Source: Rebecca billardiae RCC1528 (taxonomy: Eukaryota > Protista > Haptophyta). From it: a stretch of 64,000 nucleotides of DNA. A model generated the notes under the pieces. It saw only the letters and a program-made list of their open reading frames with translations. It was not told where the DNA came from and did not search any database. A program made the position numbers and the translations under genes. Shown here piece after piece: positions 22,107 to 35,048 of the stretch (within the stretch, counting starts at the first letter, position 1; each line of letters opens with the position of its first letter). The DNA is taken from contig OZ251231.1 in assembly GCA_965240325.2 (NCBI GenBank), positions 1,240,001 to 1,304,000 of the forward strand, written 5' to 3'.

Positions 22107-23468
22107 TCACTCCGCCTTGGCCGACTTCGTGCGCGGGCCGGGGGCGCTCGCACGCGCGACGGTGGCGGCCGGGTCGACGGCGGCGCCGGTCGAGGTCGCG
22201 CATAGCGCGACGAGGAAGACCACGTTGAGCGCGCAGCACCCGAAGAAGTAGAGCGGGTACTCGAGCGCGAACCCCTTGAGCATGCGCACGACGCTGAGCA
22301 GCGTGCCGAGCACGCCGCCGGACTCGCCCGACTTGACCGACTCGAGCTCGCCCGCGACGATGGCGCGGAGGAAGGCGGCCTGCTCGTCGGCGCGCACAAG
22401 CGGCGCTGTGCCGTTCAGCGCGACCCAGTGCCGCTCGTCCTCCTGCTCCGCCGTCCGCGCCTCGAGCACGAGCAGCGTCGGCATGCCCTCCGGCGTGATT
22501 CCGTACTGCAACGCCCAGTAGTCCGGCCGGTCGCGGCCGTTGATCCACGCGAAGCGGAAGTGGGCGTCGAAGGCGTCGGCGTGCGCGGCCAGCTGCGCGC
22601 GCTGCGCCTCCGCGCCCTCCGCCTGGCCGTCGAGTACGCCCAGTGCCACGCGCCGGCCGCACCGCTTGAGATCGTACAGGTTGTGCGAGCCGGCGCCGAG
22701 CACGCGCGCCTCCGCGCGCTCCGAGACCCATGCGCGCACCGCGTCGACGGCGGCGGCGTCCGCGGGGGCCTCGGCGTCGGGCTCGGGCGTGAGCGGCGGC
22801 ATCGGCTCACCCCAGCGCGCGCCGTCGAGCACCGCGACCACTGGCCCGCCCTCGCCGCCGGCGGCGCCGGCGCCGAGCGCGCGCATCTCGCGCGCCGCGG
22901 CGCCGCCGTCAGCGCCTGCCAGCTCGAAGAAGCGCAGCTCGTCGTGAAGCTCGGCGGCCACTGCGGCGAAGGCCGCGGGGAGCGGGCTGGGCGCGCCGCT
23001 GGCCTCCGACCCGCGCGCGAGCACGAACGCGCGCCCCGTCGTCCCGAGCGTCGCGCGCACGTCGGCGATGCTGGCGGCGCGCGACACCGGCGCAGACGTC
23101 ACGCGCTCGGCGTACGCCTCGAAGCCTGCCTGCGTGCGCGGGCCCTTGTAGTCGCGCACGCGGCCGTCGTGGAAGTACTTGATGGTCGGGTAGCCCTTCA
23201 CGTCGAAGCGCTTGGCGAGCTGCCTCTGCTTCGTCGCGTCGACCGCGCCGAAGCGCACCTTGCCGTCGAGCGTGTCCGCGGCGGCGGCCCACGGCTCTTT
23301 GAGCTTCTTGCAGTGGCCGCACCACGGCGCGGTGAAGGCGACGAGCCAGTGCTCAGGCGCGCCCACGACCGCCTCGAAGGTGCCATCCACCAGGTCCGTC
23401 ACCTCGGCTGCGCCCAGCGCGCTCAGGAGGCACAACGCCAGCCATCTGCGCATCAGCGGCGCCGCCAT
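22107..23468 (-). CDS. Membrane-anchored protein disulfide isomerase (TMX3-like)
   Basis: Signal peptide (RRWLALCLLSALGAA), APWCGHCKKL, GYPTIKYF, redox-inactive thioredoxin folds, a C-terminal transmembrane helix and a Lys-containing tail KSAKAE. Confidence 0.9.
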   Translation of the reverse strand: MAAPLMRRWLALCLLSALGAAEVTDLVDGTFEAVVGAPEHWLVAFTAPWCGHCKKLKEPWAAAADTLDGKVRFGAVDATKQRQLAKRFDVKGYPTIKYFHDGRVRDYKGPRTQAGFEAYAERVTSAPVSRAASIADVRATLGTTGRAFVLARGSEASGAPSPLPAAFAAVAAELHDELRFFELAGADGGAAAREMRALGAGAAGGEGGPVVAVLDGARWGEPMPPLTPEPDAEAPADAAAVDAVRAWVSERAEARVLGAGSHNLYDLKRCGRRVALGVLDGQAEGAEAQRAQLAAHADAFDAHFRFAWINGRDRPDYWALQYGITPEGMPTLLVLEARTAEQEDERHWVALNGTAPLVRADEQAAFLRAIVAGELESVKSGESGGVLGTLLSVVRMLKGFALEYPLYFFGCCALNVVFLVALCATSTGAAVDPAATVARASAPGPRTKSAKAE

Positions 23469-23631
23469 CGTCCCCTGCGAGGTCGTCGTCAAGACGACAA
23501 GGCCGTCGCTGTCGAGCAAAGCGCGGGCCGCGGGTACCCCACACGCTCGGCGGCACGGCAGGGCGCGGCCGCGCGCAAGCCGGCGTGTGGCCGGGTTGGG
23601 CGGCGTCCACTGGGGGCGGCGGCGTCCAGCC

Positions 23632-24888
23632 ATGGGCGACATCGCCGCGGAGCTGGTCGTCAAGATCAACCACATGCAGGAGAAGGCGGAGCTCGGGCCG
23701 CTCGCCGACTTGCTGCTCTCGCTGCGCGAGCACGACTTCGACGCGAAGCGGCTCGCGAGCTCCGGCCTGTCAAAGCTCGGTGCGTGGCGCGCGCGTGCCG
23801 CGTGCGCGCGGGAGGTGTGGTGCGCGGCGGCTGTATCGACGCGCGCGCCCCTCGCGCCCCACCGCGCGCCATGTGCCGCACCGCCGCGCGGCGGCCGGGC
23901 CGCTCCCGCGACGCGCGTGCGCGCCAGTCTACAAGCTTCGCAAGCACGAGGACGAGCGCGTGAAGAAGGCGGCTGCGGAGGCGGTGGATCGGTGGAAGGC
24001 CGCGTTCGTCCCCGGCGACGCCGCGCCGAAGTCGAATCCAGCCGCAGGCAAGGCCGCGGCATCGACGGCGCCGAGCGCATCGGCGGCCGCGTCCGCGGCC
24101 GCGTCGTCCGCCCCCAAGCTCGACAGGCCACCGCCCTCTGCGAGCACGCAGATCAGCGCGACCTCGGCGGACGCGGGCGTGCGCACAAGCGCGCAACAAA
24201 AGCTCGCCGAGGTCTTCAACAAGGTCGTCGCCGGGCCCGAGCAGTACAGGCTCTCCGCAGGTGCGCGCGGCGCTCCGGGGTCGGCTGCGCACGCGCCGCG
24301 CGCTCGTCGCGCGGCGCTCGTGCCGGCGCCCAGCGCCCTCCTCTCGCTCCTCCGCGCGGCGCGGCGCCACACGCTGGCAATCACGCGCCGCCGCGCGCCG
24401 CGCCGCCGCGCGCCGCGCCGCCGCGCGTAGACGAGCTCGAGGGCGTGGACCCGGCCGCGCTCGCCGCCGAGATCGAGTCGACGATGCACGACAGGCTGGG
24501 CGGCGCCACGACCGCTTACAAGAACAAGCTGCGCTCGCTGCTCTTCAATCTGAAGGACTCGAAGAACACCGAGCTCGTCACGCGCGTGCTGTGCGGCTCG
24601 ATCACGGCTGAGAAGCTCGTGGTGATGGACCCGAAGGAGATGGCCTCCTCCGAGACCAAGAAGTGGCGCGAGCAGATCTCAGAGTATAAGAAGATGGAGC
24701 TTATGGACCAGCAGTCGTACCAGCGGTACGCCTACAAGGACCGCGAGCTCCCCGACGGCCTCTTCGAGTGCCCAAAGTGCCGGAGCAAGAAGACGGAGTA
24801 CTCCGAGAAGCAGACGCGCTCGGCGGACGAGCCCACGACCAAGTTCTGCCACTGCTGCGGCTGCGACTACCGGTGGAAGTTCTGCTGA
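23632..24888 (+). CDS. TFIIS: Transcription elongation factor S-II; introns 23780-23927 and 24261-24430
   Basis: Splicing gives 312 aa. N-domain LSKLVYKLRKH..VDRWK; central YKNKLRSLLFNLKD..N; Zn ribbon CPKC..QTRSADEP..C..C..RWKFC. Confidence 0.96.
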   Translation: MGDIAAELVVKINHMQEKAELGPLADLLLSLREHDFDAKRLASSGLSKLGAWRARAACAREVWCAAAVSTRAPLAPHRAPCAAPPRGGRAAPATRVRASLQASQARGRAREEGGCGGGGSVEGRVRPRRRRAEVESSRRQGRGIDGAERIGGRVRGRVVRPQARQATALCEHADQRDLGGRGRAHKRATKARRGLQQGRRRARAVQALRRCARRSGVGCARAARSSRGARAGAQRPPLAPPRGAAPHAGNHAPPRAAPPRAAPPRVDELEGVDPAALAAEIESTMHDRLGGATTAYKNKLRSLLFNLKDSKNTELVTRVLCGSITAEKLVVMDPKEMASSETKKWREQISEYKKMELMDQQSYQRYAYKDRELPDGLFECPKCRSKKTEYSEKQTRSADEPTTKFCHCCGCDYRWKFC

Positions 24889-25358
24889 GAGAGCGCGCGC
24901 GTGGGGCCCGCCGCGAGAGCCGGTGCGGCGCCGGCCAGGCCGATCGCTCACGCGGCCGCGCAGCGCGCGCGCGCGCGCGCGCACGGCAATGCCGGCCGCT
25001 CAAGTCGCGCGCACGCCTGGCCGCGCCGGGCTGGCGTCGTTCGGCGCGAATGTCGTCGTGCCGGCGGCGCGCGTCTTGGCTCTTGCCGAGTCTAGCCAGT
25101 GGCTCACGGTCAGCTGCTCAGCGGTCAGCCTCTGAGCGGCTCAGGCTGCATGGTGCCAGTGGCAGCAGTGTCCCGGCACTCGCGCTCCGTAACGTCGGCG
25201 AGCTCGTCGGAGCTGATGAGCAGCTTGAGCTCACGCGTCGCAGCCAGCTAGTCTCTTTCCGTAGACTAGCTGACCGTACTGCAGTGCACGGCTCGACGAC
25301 ACAATGACGTTCTCATTGATGACGACTGGAGAATCAACGACGACGACAGCTGCCTCTA

Positions 25359-26028
25359 CAGGTCGATGAGGGCAGAATGAGACAGAGGGCACTTTGAGAC
25401 AAAGGCGGCGGCCCAGTGGCGGCCCAGTGGCGCCCACTGGGCGTGGTGCATGGCGCCCGCCTCGCACGCGCTACAGCGCCCGGTGAGGTGGACGCAAGTC
25501 TGTCAAGACGCGTCGCATGTGTGCCCAAGGTGCATGCCTGGCACCTCCGCTCGTTTGCCGGCCGCTCCGCTGCCCATGCCTGGCCTGCACGCACCAAACG
25601 TAGCCGCCGAACGTGCCCCGCCACTGTGAGACGGCCGCGAACCGCGATGCACGGTGCCCTTCAGTGACGTGAGCAAGGTAGTCTACTACTGCAAGGGGAC
25701 GCCAACCTGACGGCTGGCCATGCAATGGGAGGCAGTAGGGACGTCAGACACGCGCCAAGAGCCCATGGGAAGCTTGCTCTCCCCAGTTGGTGAGCTCGTC
25801 GGGCGTGCGCACGCGGTTTGTCTCAAAGTGCCCTCCCCCCCCCCCAAAGTGAGACAAACTTGATGGTGCTCGTGCTCCTCAACGACATGGAGTTAGCCCA
25901 CGAGACTCGCAGCTTGAACTCTTCGTCTGATGCCCTCCACGACGACGTGCGCGAAGGGCGTGAGCGCCATCGTGGTGGAGCGCAAAACACGATCCGGGAT
26001 TTTGTCTCATTCTGCCCTCACCCACCTG
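25359..26028. mobile_element. pogo/Tc1-like non-autonomous element (670 bp)
   Basis: 26-bp TIR CAGGTCGATGAGGGCAGAATGAGACA matches 26003-26028 at 24/26 positions, with TA on both sides. An inner inverted pair GAGGGCACTTTGAGACAAA lies at 25385-25403 and 25817-25835. Confidence 0.88.
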
Positions 26029-26169
26029 TAGAGCCGTCGCGAACTTTCGGGAATTCGGGAGATCGAAGGTTTTCTGGCTCGCCAGTCTTCTCAAGAGCGG
26101 CTTCGGCCTCCATCAGGGCGGCGGGCGCCGGCCTTCTACCTCGCTCCCGCCTCCCCCGGCGCGTCCAGC

Positions 26170-29100
26170 ATGGCGAACGTGGCGAGGGCGCCGGAGGCCA
26201 TGACGGGTACAGAGCCGCAGCGGCAGAACACGTTTGCGCGCCTCCTCGCGCGCGGCGGCTCGAGCTGGAAGGCCTCTTCCGGCCCCCGCACAGGCGGGGC
26301 GGCCGAGCTGGGCGCTGCGCAGGCCACGCCGCACGCAGCGTCGCCGCGCAGCCAGGCGGGCATCATCTCGCGCATCTTCTTCTGCTGGGCGTGGCCCTCG
26401 CTGCGGCTGGGCCACCAGCTCGGTAGCGCGCTCACCACCGACGACCTGCCCCCGCTCGACGACTCGAAGCGGCCCGAGCGGCTCGCGGCCGCTCTGCTCG
26501 AGTTCTGGATGGCCGAGATCGCAGCCGCGCGCGCCAAGGGCCGGCCCCCGTCGCTGCTGCGCGCGCTCTGGCACTTCTACGGGAGCGTGAAGACGATCAT
26601 CGCCGTGGTCTCCGTCACGATGACCGTGCTGCTCATCGCCATCCCGATGCTCTCGCAGCTCCTGATCCAGGTGATCGAGACGGACGGCGAGCTCACGACC
26701 GGCGTCGCGGCGATCGTCGGCATCATCGCGTGCGTGCTGAGCTCGAGCGCGATCCAGCAGCACGCGTGGTACGCGACGTCGACGAAGGCGGTGCACTCGT
26801 GGATCGCGCTCACCTCGCTCATCTACTCCAAGCCCGCGCACCTCACGCGCGGCTCGCTCTCGGCCTTCTCGGAGGGCGAGCTGATCAACCTGATGACGGT
26901 CGACTGCCAGGCGTTCCTCGAGGTGGGGCAGTTCCTCTTCTTCTTCGCGGCGATGCCGTGGCAGTGTCTGATCTCCGCCGCGCTGCTCTTCTGGCTGCTC
27001 GGCTGGCCCTTCGTCGTCGGCGTCGCCGTGCTCGCCGTGAACGTCGTCGCGGTCGAGCGGCTCGGCGACGCGATCAAGAGCGCGCAGCAGGCGAAGAACA
27101 AGCTGGCCGACCAGCGCTCCGTGCTGCTGAACGAGTCGATGCAGGGCGTGCGCACGGTGAAGCTGTACGCGTGGGAGCAGGTGGTCGAGCGCCGCGTCGC
27201 CGAGATGCGCGCGCTCGAGCTCGACCAGCTGCGGCGCATCGCGCTGCTGCGCGCGCTGCAACAGTTCCTCTCGTTTGGCGTGCCGACGATCACGGTACGC
27301 GCCGCGGCGGCGGCGGTGGCCGCGGCGGCGGCGGTGGCCGCGGCGGCGGCGGTTGCTGCGGCGGCGGCGGCGGGCGGGCGGCGAGTGGGGGTCGGTGGGG
27401 CGCGCGGCCGTGATGCGCGCGCGCTGGTGGCGCGCGCGGCACTCGCGCGGGCCGGCAGGGCACCGCCATGCAGCCGCCCACTCTGACTCTCGCACCGCGC
27501 GTTTGCCCTGGCCGCCATCCCGGCCGCATGCCCGCGCCCGCCGCCCGCCCGCCGCCGCCGCCGCAGACTGTGCCCGTGTTCATCCTGTACCAGAGTGTGC
27601 AGGGAGGCGAGCTGCAGGCGTCGATCATCTTCACCGCGGTCGCGGTGTTCGAGTACCTCAACATGTCGCTCGTCGTGCTGCCCAACCTGCTCAACGAGGT
27701 TCGGCGGATGCTCGTGTCCGTGCAGCGCATCGGGCGCTTCCTCGCCATCGACAACACGTATGAGCCTGCCGAGAAGCTGGAGGGCAGCACGGGCCGCGTG
27801 CGCATCGGCGGCGAGGGCGTCTTCTCGTGGGGCGCGAAGCAGATCTCGGCGAGCGCGCCCGCCGCGGCGTCGCCCGCCGCGCCGCCGTCCGCCGCGACGG
27901 CGGCGCCGAAGAAGCGGCAGGGACGACAGCCGGGCGGCGCCGGCGGCGCCGGCGGCGCCGGCGGCGCGGGCGGCGCCGAGACCTCGCCGCCCGTGCTGCA
28001 CTCGATCCGGTTCGAGGCGACGGACGGCGCGCTCGTGGTCGTGTGCGGCCGGGTGGGCTCGGGCAAGACCAGCCTCGCCTCCGCCGTGCTCGGCCTGCTG
28101 CAGCACTCGCCGGGCACCACGCTCGAGGTGATGGGCCGCACCGCGTACGTGCCGCAGCAGGCGTTTGTGATGAATGACACGGTGCGGAACAACATCCTGT
28201 TCGGCGCGCCGTACGACGAGGAGGCGTACAGCCGCGTGGTGACGGCGTGCGCGCTGGACGCGGACCTCGCCGCGCTGCCGTCGGGCGACGCGACCGAGAT
28301 CGGCGAGCGCGGCATCACCATCTCGGGCGGGCAGCGCCAGCGGATCGCGATCGCTCGCGCGGCGTACGCGGCGGCGGACGTGGTCGTTCTTGACGACCCT
28401 CTGTCGGCGATGGACCCGCACGTTGGGCAGAAGGTGTTCGACGCGTGCATCGGCGGGGTGCTGGGCGCGCGCACGCGCGTGTTCTGCACGAACCAGCTCC
28501 AGTTCGCGCCGCACGCCGACTCGATCTACTTCCTCGACGGCGGGCGCATCGTCGAGCACGGCTCGTTTGAATCGCTGCGCGGCCGCGCGGGCGGCCACTT
28601 TGCCGCACTCTACTCGCACGTCTCATCGAGCGGCGGCGCGGGCGCCAAGCCGCCGCAGCTGCCGGCGAGCGAGAGCGCGGCGAGCGCGGCGAGCGCGGCG
28701 AGCGCGGACACCGAGGCGCGCGCGGACGCCGACGCCGCTACCGCCGCACCCGCGCCGGGCGACAAGCCCGAGCCGCCGCCGCCGCCGCCGGGCGACGGCA
28801 AGCTCGTGCAGGCCGAGAAGCGCTCGCAGGGGCGCGCGGGACTCAAGGTGTTCGTGCCGCTGGCCAAGGCGGCGCGATCGTTCTGGCTCGGGCTGGGCGT
28901 GGCCTCGCTCGTCGCGCTGATGCCCATGTCGCAGTACACGGTGAACGTGCTGCTCTCGCAGTGGACGGACGCGGCGAGCGCGGGCGACGCCGACTCGGCG
29001 CCGCACGCCAGCCGGTACGTCGGAGCGACGATTCTGTTTGCGGTGATCGTCGGCCTGCGCGGCGCGTCGTGCTCGATCTTCTTCCTGCGCGCGTCGCGCC

Positions 29101-30891
29101 GGCTGCACGAGGGCATGCTGCGCTCGGTGCTGCTGCAGCCGATGCGCTTCTTCGACACGACGCCGGTCGGCCGCGTGCTCAACCGCTTCACCGGCGACAC
29201 GCTGCAGATGGACGTGATGCTTCCGCGCTTGTTCGACATTTGGTCCTTCATCGTCGGCAGCCTGCTCACGACGATGATCATCGCGATGGTCTTCGCGCCG
29301 CCGATGGTGGTGGTCGTCGCGATCCTCGGCTTCGGCGTCCGCAAGCTGTACACGTACTACGCCGCCGTCGCCATCGAGCTGCAGCGCCTCATCCTCACGG
29401 CGATCTCGCCGCTCGTCGCCTCCTTCTCCTCGTTTCTGATCGGGCTCGAGTCGATCCGAGCGTTCGACCGCGTCGGCACGTTCACCGACCAGTTCCAGGC
29501 GCGGCAGCTGGCGTTCGCCAAGACGTTCACCACGCTGATCGCGATCGAGCGCTTCGTGCTCACCTCCGCCGTGTGCATCGGCGTCTCCTTCTTCATGGCC
29601 GGCCTCGCCTTCTCCCTCCTCTTCCTGGCGCGCGCGCGATTTCTCGTCACACCCGGCACGGCCGGCGTGTCGCTCGCGTATGCGTCCATCATCTCGTTCC
29701 GGGTGCCCGCCGTCTTCCTGATGTCGAGTGCGCGCGCGCGCGGCCAGCGCGCGCCGTCCGCGCCGCCGTGCCGCTCGCACCGCCGCCCACGCCCGCGCGC
29801 CGCCAACCTCCGCCGCGCCGCGCCCGCCCCCGCCGCTCGCTCGCCCGCCCGCGCGTGCGCCCGCAGCGGCTATGGAGCGCATCGGCGCGGCGGTCGAGCG
29901 CGTGATTGAGTACGTCAAGCTGCCGCCGGAGCTGGGCGCGGACACGCCCGAGGGGCAGGACGTGGTGCTCGAGGGCGGCGCCGCCTCCACCCCGATCGGG
30001 ATGCCCCCGGCGCGCGGCTGGGCGGGCGACGAGCCCCAAGACGGCGGCGTGCCGCTCGACTGGCCCAAGGCAGGGACCCTCTCGCTGCGGCACGTGACAC
30101 TGCGCTACTCAGAGGACATGCCCGCCGTGCTGAAGGGCGTGTCGGTGGACGTGGCGCACGGCGAGCGCGTCGGCATCGTCGGGCGCACGGGCGCGGGCAA
30201 GTCCAGCCTCCTCCTCGCCGTCTTCCGGATGGCGCCCACCGAGGGCTCCATCCGGATCGGCGGGCTTGAGGTGGCGGGCGCGCAGTGCCAGGTGCCGCGC
30301 CGGCTGCTCCGCTCGCGGCTCGGGATGATTCCGCAGGACAGCTACCTCTTCTCGGGCACGATCCGCTCGAACCTCGACGTGGAGGGCATCTACCCGGACG
30401 AGGAGCTGCGTCGCGTGCTGCGCCTCGCGCACCTCGAGCAGATGGTCGACGCGCTCGACGGCGGGCTCGAGGCGGAGGTGAAGGAGAAGGGAGACAATTT
30501 TTCTGCCGGGCAGGTGCAGCTGCTCTGCCTCGCGCGCGTGCTGCTCAAGCAGCCCACGCTCGTCTTCATGGACGAGGCGACGGCGTCGGTCGACCTGAAG
30601 ACGGACGCGCTCGTGCAGGCGACGATCCGCGAGACGCTTACGCAGTGTACCATCGTCACGATCGCGCACCGGCTCGCGACCATCATCGACTTCGACCGCG
30701 TCGTCGTGATGGACGCCGGCCGCGTGGCCGAGCTCGGCGCGCCGCACGAGCTGCTCCAGAATCGGAAGGGCCACCTGACCAAGCTGGTCGAGGCGACGGG
30801 CGCGGCGAGCGCGGCGGAGCTGCGCGAGCGCGCGCAGGCGGCGCAGCGGCCCAACGCGGCACGGCGGTCTGGCGGCGACGCACACGTGTGA
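26170..30891 (+). CDS. ABCC/MRP-type full ABC transporter; introns 27295-27566 and 29728-29866
   Basis: TMD1-NBD1 (GRVGSGKT, ISGGQRQR, VVLDD), TMD2 (FFDTTPVGRVLNRF) and NBD2 (GRTGAGKSS, FSAGQ, MDEATASVD, IAHRL). Both introns restore the frame, giving 1436 aa. Confidence 0.95.
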
Positions 30892-31289
30892 TGATACTAT
30901 GACGAGTCACTCGGAAGCTTACGACTACGAGTACGCGCGACGACTACTGACCCTATGATAAAGCGGGTTGGACGAGTCAAGGTCAAGACTACTATCAGTA
31001 CTACTAGCTCTTGTCAAAATAAGGGCGTGATGCTGTGCTAGGTTGTCCTTTATTTCCTGATCTATTAGACTCTGACGATGACGCGACTCGTCGACGTCTG
31101 ATCGCGCGCGGGCCCGCTCACGCTGCCGGGCCGCTGCCTGCTGATCGACTGAGCCAGTGAGAGTCCAGAAGCACTCCGAGGGCATCATCCGTGACACAGA
31201 CAGTCTGAGTCGTATATAGTCGGTAGTGACGGTAGTAATTATTTATTAATATAATATATTATAAATGACCGCGTTCCGCGGTCCTTCCG

Positions 31290-32635
31290 TAGGGGTGGAA
31301 TTCCCATTTTCTGGCGCACTTCCGCACTGGGGAGGCGGAAAAGCGGCATTTAATACGCGAATAAGGAATAAAATAATAATGGGAATAAAGCGCACGCAGT
31401 GCGAAGAAATTTTTTCGGGTACTAGCTTATCAGCGTAGTTATAGTATGCGAAGCACCAAGTGCTGCGAGGCGGCCTGCTTGCGCACGCGGCGTCCCGAGC
31501 ACCCTCGGGGCTCAGCTGCGGCTCGGCCTGCGCGCGCTCAGCAAGCTCGCGTGCGGCCTGCACCTTGCCCGCCGCCTCGACCGTCTCGAGCAAGAGGATC
31601 GACGTATGAGTGAGCGTGTGCCGCCGAGCTGCTGTCCGGCAGCTACCCGCGACTGCAGCCGCTGGCCGCGGTGCCTGGCCTCGGCGCGGCCCCACAGGCT
31701 CAGCGCTGGGAGCTCATCCTCCTCCTGCGCTCCTCCTCCAGGCGTTTGAGCCGCCGCCGCCTTGGCCGCCTCGTCCTCGTCGATCAGCTGAACGGCGGGA
31801 GTGATGTCTCTGCTCAGCTGAGTGTGACGTGACAAGCGAGGCGACGAGCGACAGCAGCCCGATGACCAAGCCGACGAGCTCATCGTACGAGCCGTCACGC
31901 GTGCGCTCGTGCCGTGTCTGAGCTGGCTCGCGCTCGTACGCCGACCAGGCTTTGCTCGGACTGAACGCGTGTGCTCAGGCGTCCTTGCGTGTGCGCTTGG
32001 ACGGCCGCGGGCCGTCATCTGGTCCGACCGCGCGCAGCTCGATCTCGGAAGCGTTGAGCTCCTCCGCGGTTGACTCACCCTCTGCCTCAGGCTCGACCAC
32101 GGCAGCAGGCCCCGCAGCAGCCGCCAGGTAGCATCGGCAGGAGCCCCTGCGCCACCCGACGCCGTCCGCATATCGGCCAGCTTGCCGCACACGCGCTGGA
32201 CCACGGCCTCGCCGCGCTTGACGCGGATGTGGTGCCAGGTCGTCGTGCCAATCGTTTGGCTATCGACAACGGGCACGGGCACCTCGATCACGACAACGCC
32301 TGTCGCGTAGGCTGTGTAGCGATGTCCGTCCACGACTCCGTCGTGGGTGGACGGCGCACGGGGCCATCGCGGCCGTGGGCGCAAGTGTCTCGTGAATTGT
32401 TTTTTTAATTCACTAATTCGCCCAGCCGCTACATCGAACTCGACAACGGTTGCTTTTACACCCGCGGTCTTTTGACTGTGCAAATGGGGCGCCGCCCCAT
32501 GCTCAAATCCAAAGAGAACGAAGATGTAAAAGTGTCTGGTCCCTAGATACTGTGCTGTCCGGGTCCCGGTCCGGTCAGATCTGAGCAGCCGGATTTTCCG
32601 CCCGGACAGGCCAGAAAATGGGATTTTCACCCGTA
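31290..32635. mobile_element. Probable non-autonomous hAT-like element with coding-like cargo
   Basis: TAGGGGTGGAATTCCCATTTTCTGGC (31290-31315) matches the reverse complement of 32610-32635 at 23/26 positions. Subterminal CCGG repeats are present. No target-site duplication is visible. Confidence 0.65.
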
Positions 32636-32693
32636 GAACCAACGTAGTTAGGGGCCCGCGGTGCACCCTCCGTCGGCTGCTGTCTCAGTCTGG

Positions 32694-33760
32694 TCAACAT
32701 GGCGGGCCGATGAGGACTGTCGCCGCGGGCCCGCGCGAAGAAGTACGGACGGCGGCCGGGGCAGCGGCGCGCGCGCGCAGGGCGAGCCTGCCTTGAGGTG
32801 CTCGCGCTGCGCCACGCGCTCGACGACGGGCCGCTGGTCGCTCAGCCGGCGCGCCTCGTGCCGGCAGAGCGAGAGCGCGCACCACTCTGCTGGCCCCACC
32901 CCCAGCGGCCCCAGCCTGCGCTCACGGCGCTGCGCAGCCGCGCACCGAGAGGCGAGACCGAGCGGAGCTCGGGGTGGAACGAGGCGAGCGGCGGGTCGCG
33001 CCTGCCGCCGCGCGTGCGCGCCTGCTCGGCCTGCTCCACCGCGCCACCGTGCTCGCCCGCCGCCTCCTCCGCCGCGTCGGCCTCGAAGCCACGGCGGCGG
33101 CCAGCCAGCCTCCGACCGAGGCGGAGCCCGTGCGTGCTCACTCACCCGGCGCGGTGGCGCCCTCGAGTCGACGGCCGTCTACTCCACAGCTGGCTGCTCG
33201 AGCTGCTGCACGGGGCGTCGCGACGAGGGCGCCGCGCGCGCCCAGCGCGTCCGTCGCCGCGTCGCGCAGCGCGTCGAGCTCGGCGCCGCGCTTCGCCAGC
33301 TCGGCGCCCAGCGCCTCCGTGCGCACTCGTGCTCATATTCGATTGTCGTCATCGCGCTCGTCGGCTCCGTGGCGAGCCCGCGGGGCGGACGAGCGGACTA
33401 CTGCGCGCCGCAGCAGGAGCAGCGCGCGGCGCGCAGCGCTCCGCGCGCAGCAGGGCCGTCTCCTCATCCACCGAGTGCACGGCCTGCGCGGCGGCGACGG
33501 CGGCGCGCGCCGCCGCGGGGGGACGCAAGCGCTGCGGGCCGAGATGAGTCCGGCCGCCGAGCCGCGGTGGCGGCGTCGGCGTGCGCGCCGGGCGAGGTGG
33601 GCGAGCTCACGCGGCCCGGGCTCAGCACGCCCGTGCACAGCGCCGGCCGCGGTGGCGAGCGCGCACCGCTCGGCCGCGGTGGCAACCGGCTGAGCGGTTG
33701 ATGTTTGATTGTTTGAACTTGAAGCCGCGAGGTCAGCGACGTCTCCGATGACTCGGCCAT
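32694..33760 (-). pseudogene. Fragmented coding-like region with a coiled-coil piece
   Basis: Pieces MAESSETSL, DDDNRI*..RTEALGAELAKRGAELDALRDAA and FEADAAEEAAGE fall in different frames with stops. No clean splice solution was found. Confidence 0.3.
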
Positions 33761-35048
33761 GATTGTGGTCCTCCTTCGCCCACGGGTGCTTTGTCGACCA
33801 TCCGCTGGAGGCGCGCCAACGTCGACGGTACGGACAGCGCCTGCTTGAGCGTCGTGATGTGCATCAGCTCGAGCCGGCCGAAGATGGGCCCGCCGACGGC
33901 GATGATCATGATGTGCGCGCTTGCCGCTTGGGCACCCGTCCTCGTCGCGAGACGCTGGCGGGCGGGTAACCCGTTTTTCTTTCATATTATGGCAAAGGAG
34001 GTTCATCCATCTCGCGCTCGAGCCACGCGAGCGCAAAGCTTCGTCGTTAGTATTCTTCAACCCGATATTCTACCATTTACCATGTTTTAACGTGCACACT
34101 TGGTTAAGGCGTGATTACAGTTTACTACGGTTTTTTTCAATATGACCCCCGCGTGCGCAAAATAATGCAAACCGGCAAACAGCGCGCTCGGTACGCCGAC
34201 ATGCAGTTTGAAACAGTCGTAGTATATGACCCATGCACATGCACTTTGTCAAAACAATACGGCCCTTGGACCGGCGACCAAGTTTTCAATAGCGTCGATG
34301 ACACGATGACTAAACTTTACTGACAAAGTGACGGCCAGCGGCCTTCGATCTTTCTTATTACTCACGTCCGGGCGCGCCTATTTCGTCAACCGCATCTTGC
34401 GATAGAGAGCTATCTACCCCTCGAAAAAGCGAAAACTCACCCTCCAACAACCGTAAAAATCGTCCCCCGTCCCCTTTTCTTTGATCAAAAGATCTTTTTG
34501 ACAACGTAGTGAGGGCCCCCGGCGGGGCTCCACGCTACGCGCTCCGCCCTGCACCGCGGGCCATAAATAGTATTATTTTTAAAGCAGAATGTTACGAGTA
34601 CGACGTACGCGTCGTAATAATCGTCGTAGTTCGGTGCGGCCAGCTGGCACCAGCGGCTATGATTACGACACGACTCAAATTTCATACATCATCAGTGTCA
34701 GCGACATTTGATACGACTTGCGAGCAGTCAGCGAGCACGCGCGCGCCGCCGCCGCCGCCGCGCGGGCTACGACGCTGCGCCCCGTAGCGGCGGCGTAATC
34801 GTCGCGTTCGTCAGCATGCAGCAGCAGGTTATGCAGGCAGTGGTAGGTAGGACACGCGGTACTGCGGCGATGATTCCGGTAGCCGCGTAGGTAGGTAAGT
34901 TCCCCGGTGGCCAGGATGGATGGGCGAACGACAGCAGCCAGCCGGCGCTGCCAGCGGCGTCATGCCTGTCAGTGGCCGTGGGCGGGCCGGGCGGCCGGGC
35001 GGCAGCGCCGGCAGTGTGCGCCCAGTCCCCCGCCAGCGCCGCAGCGGG

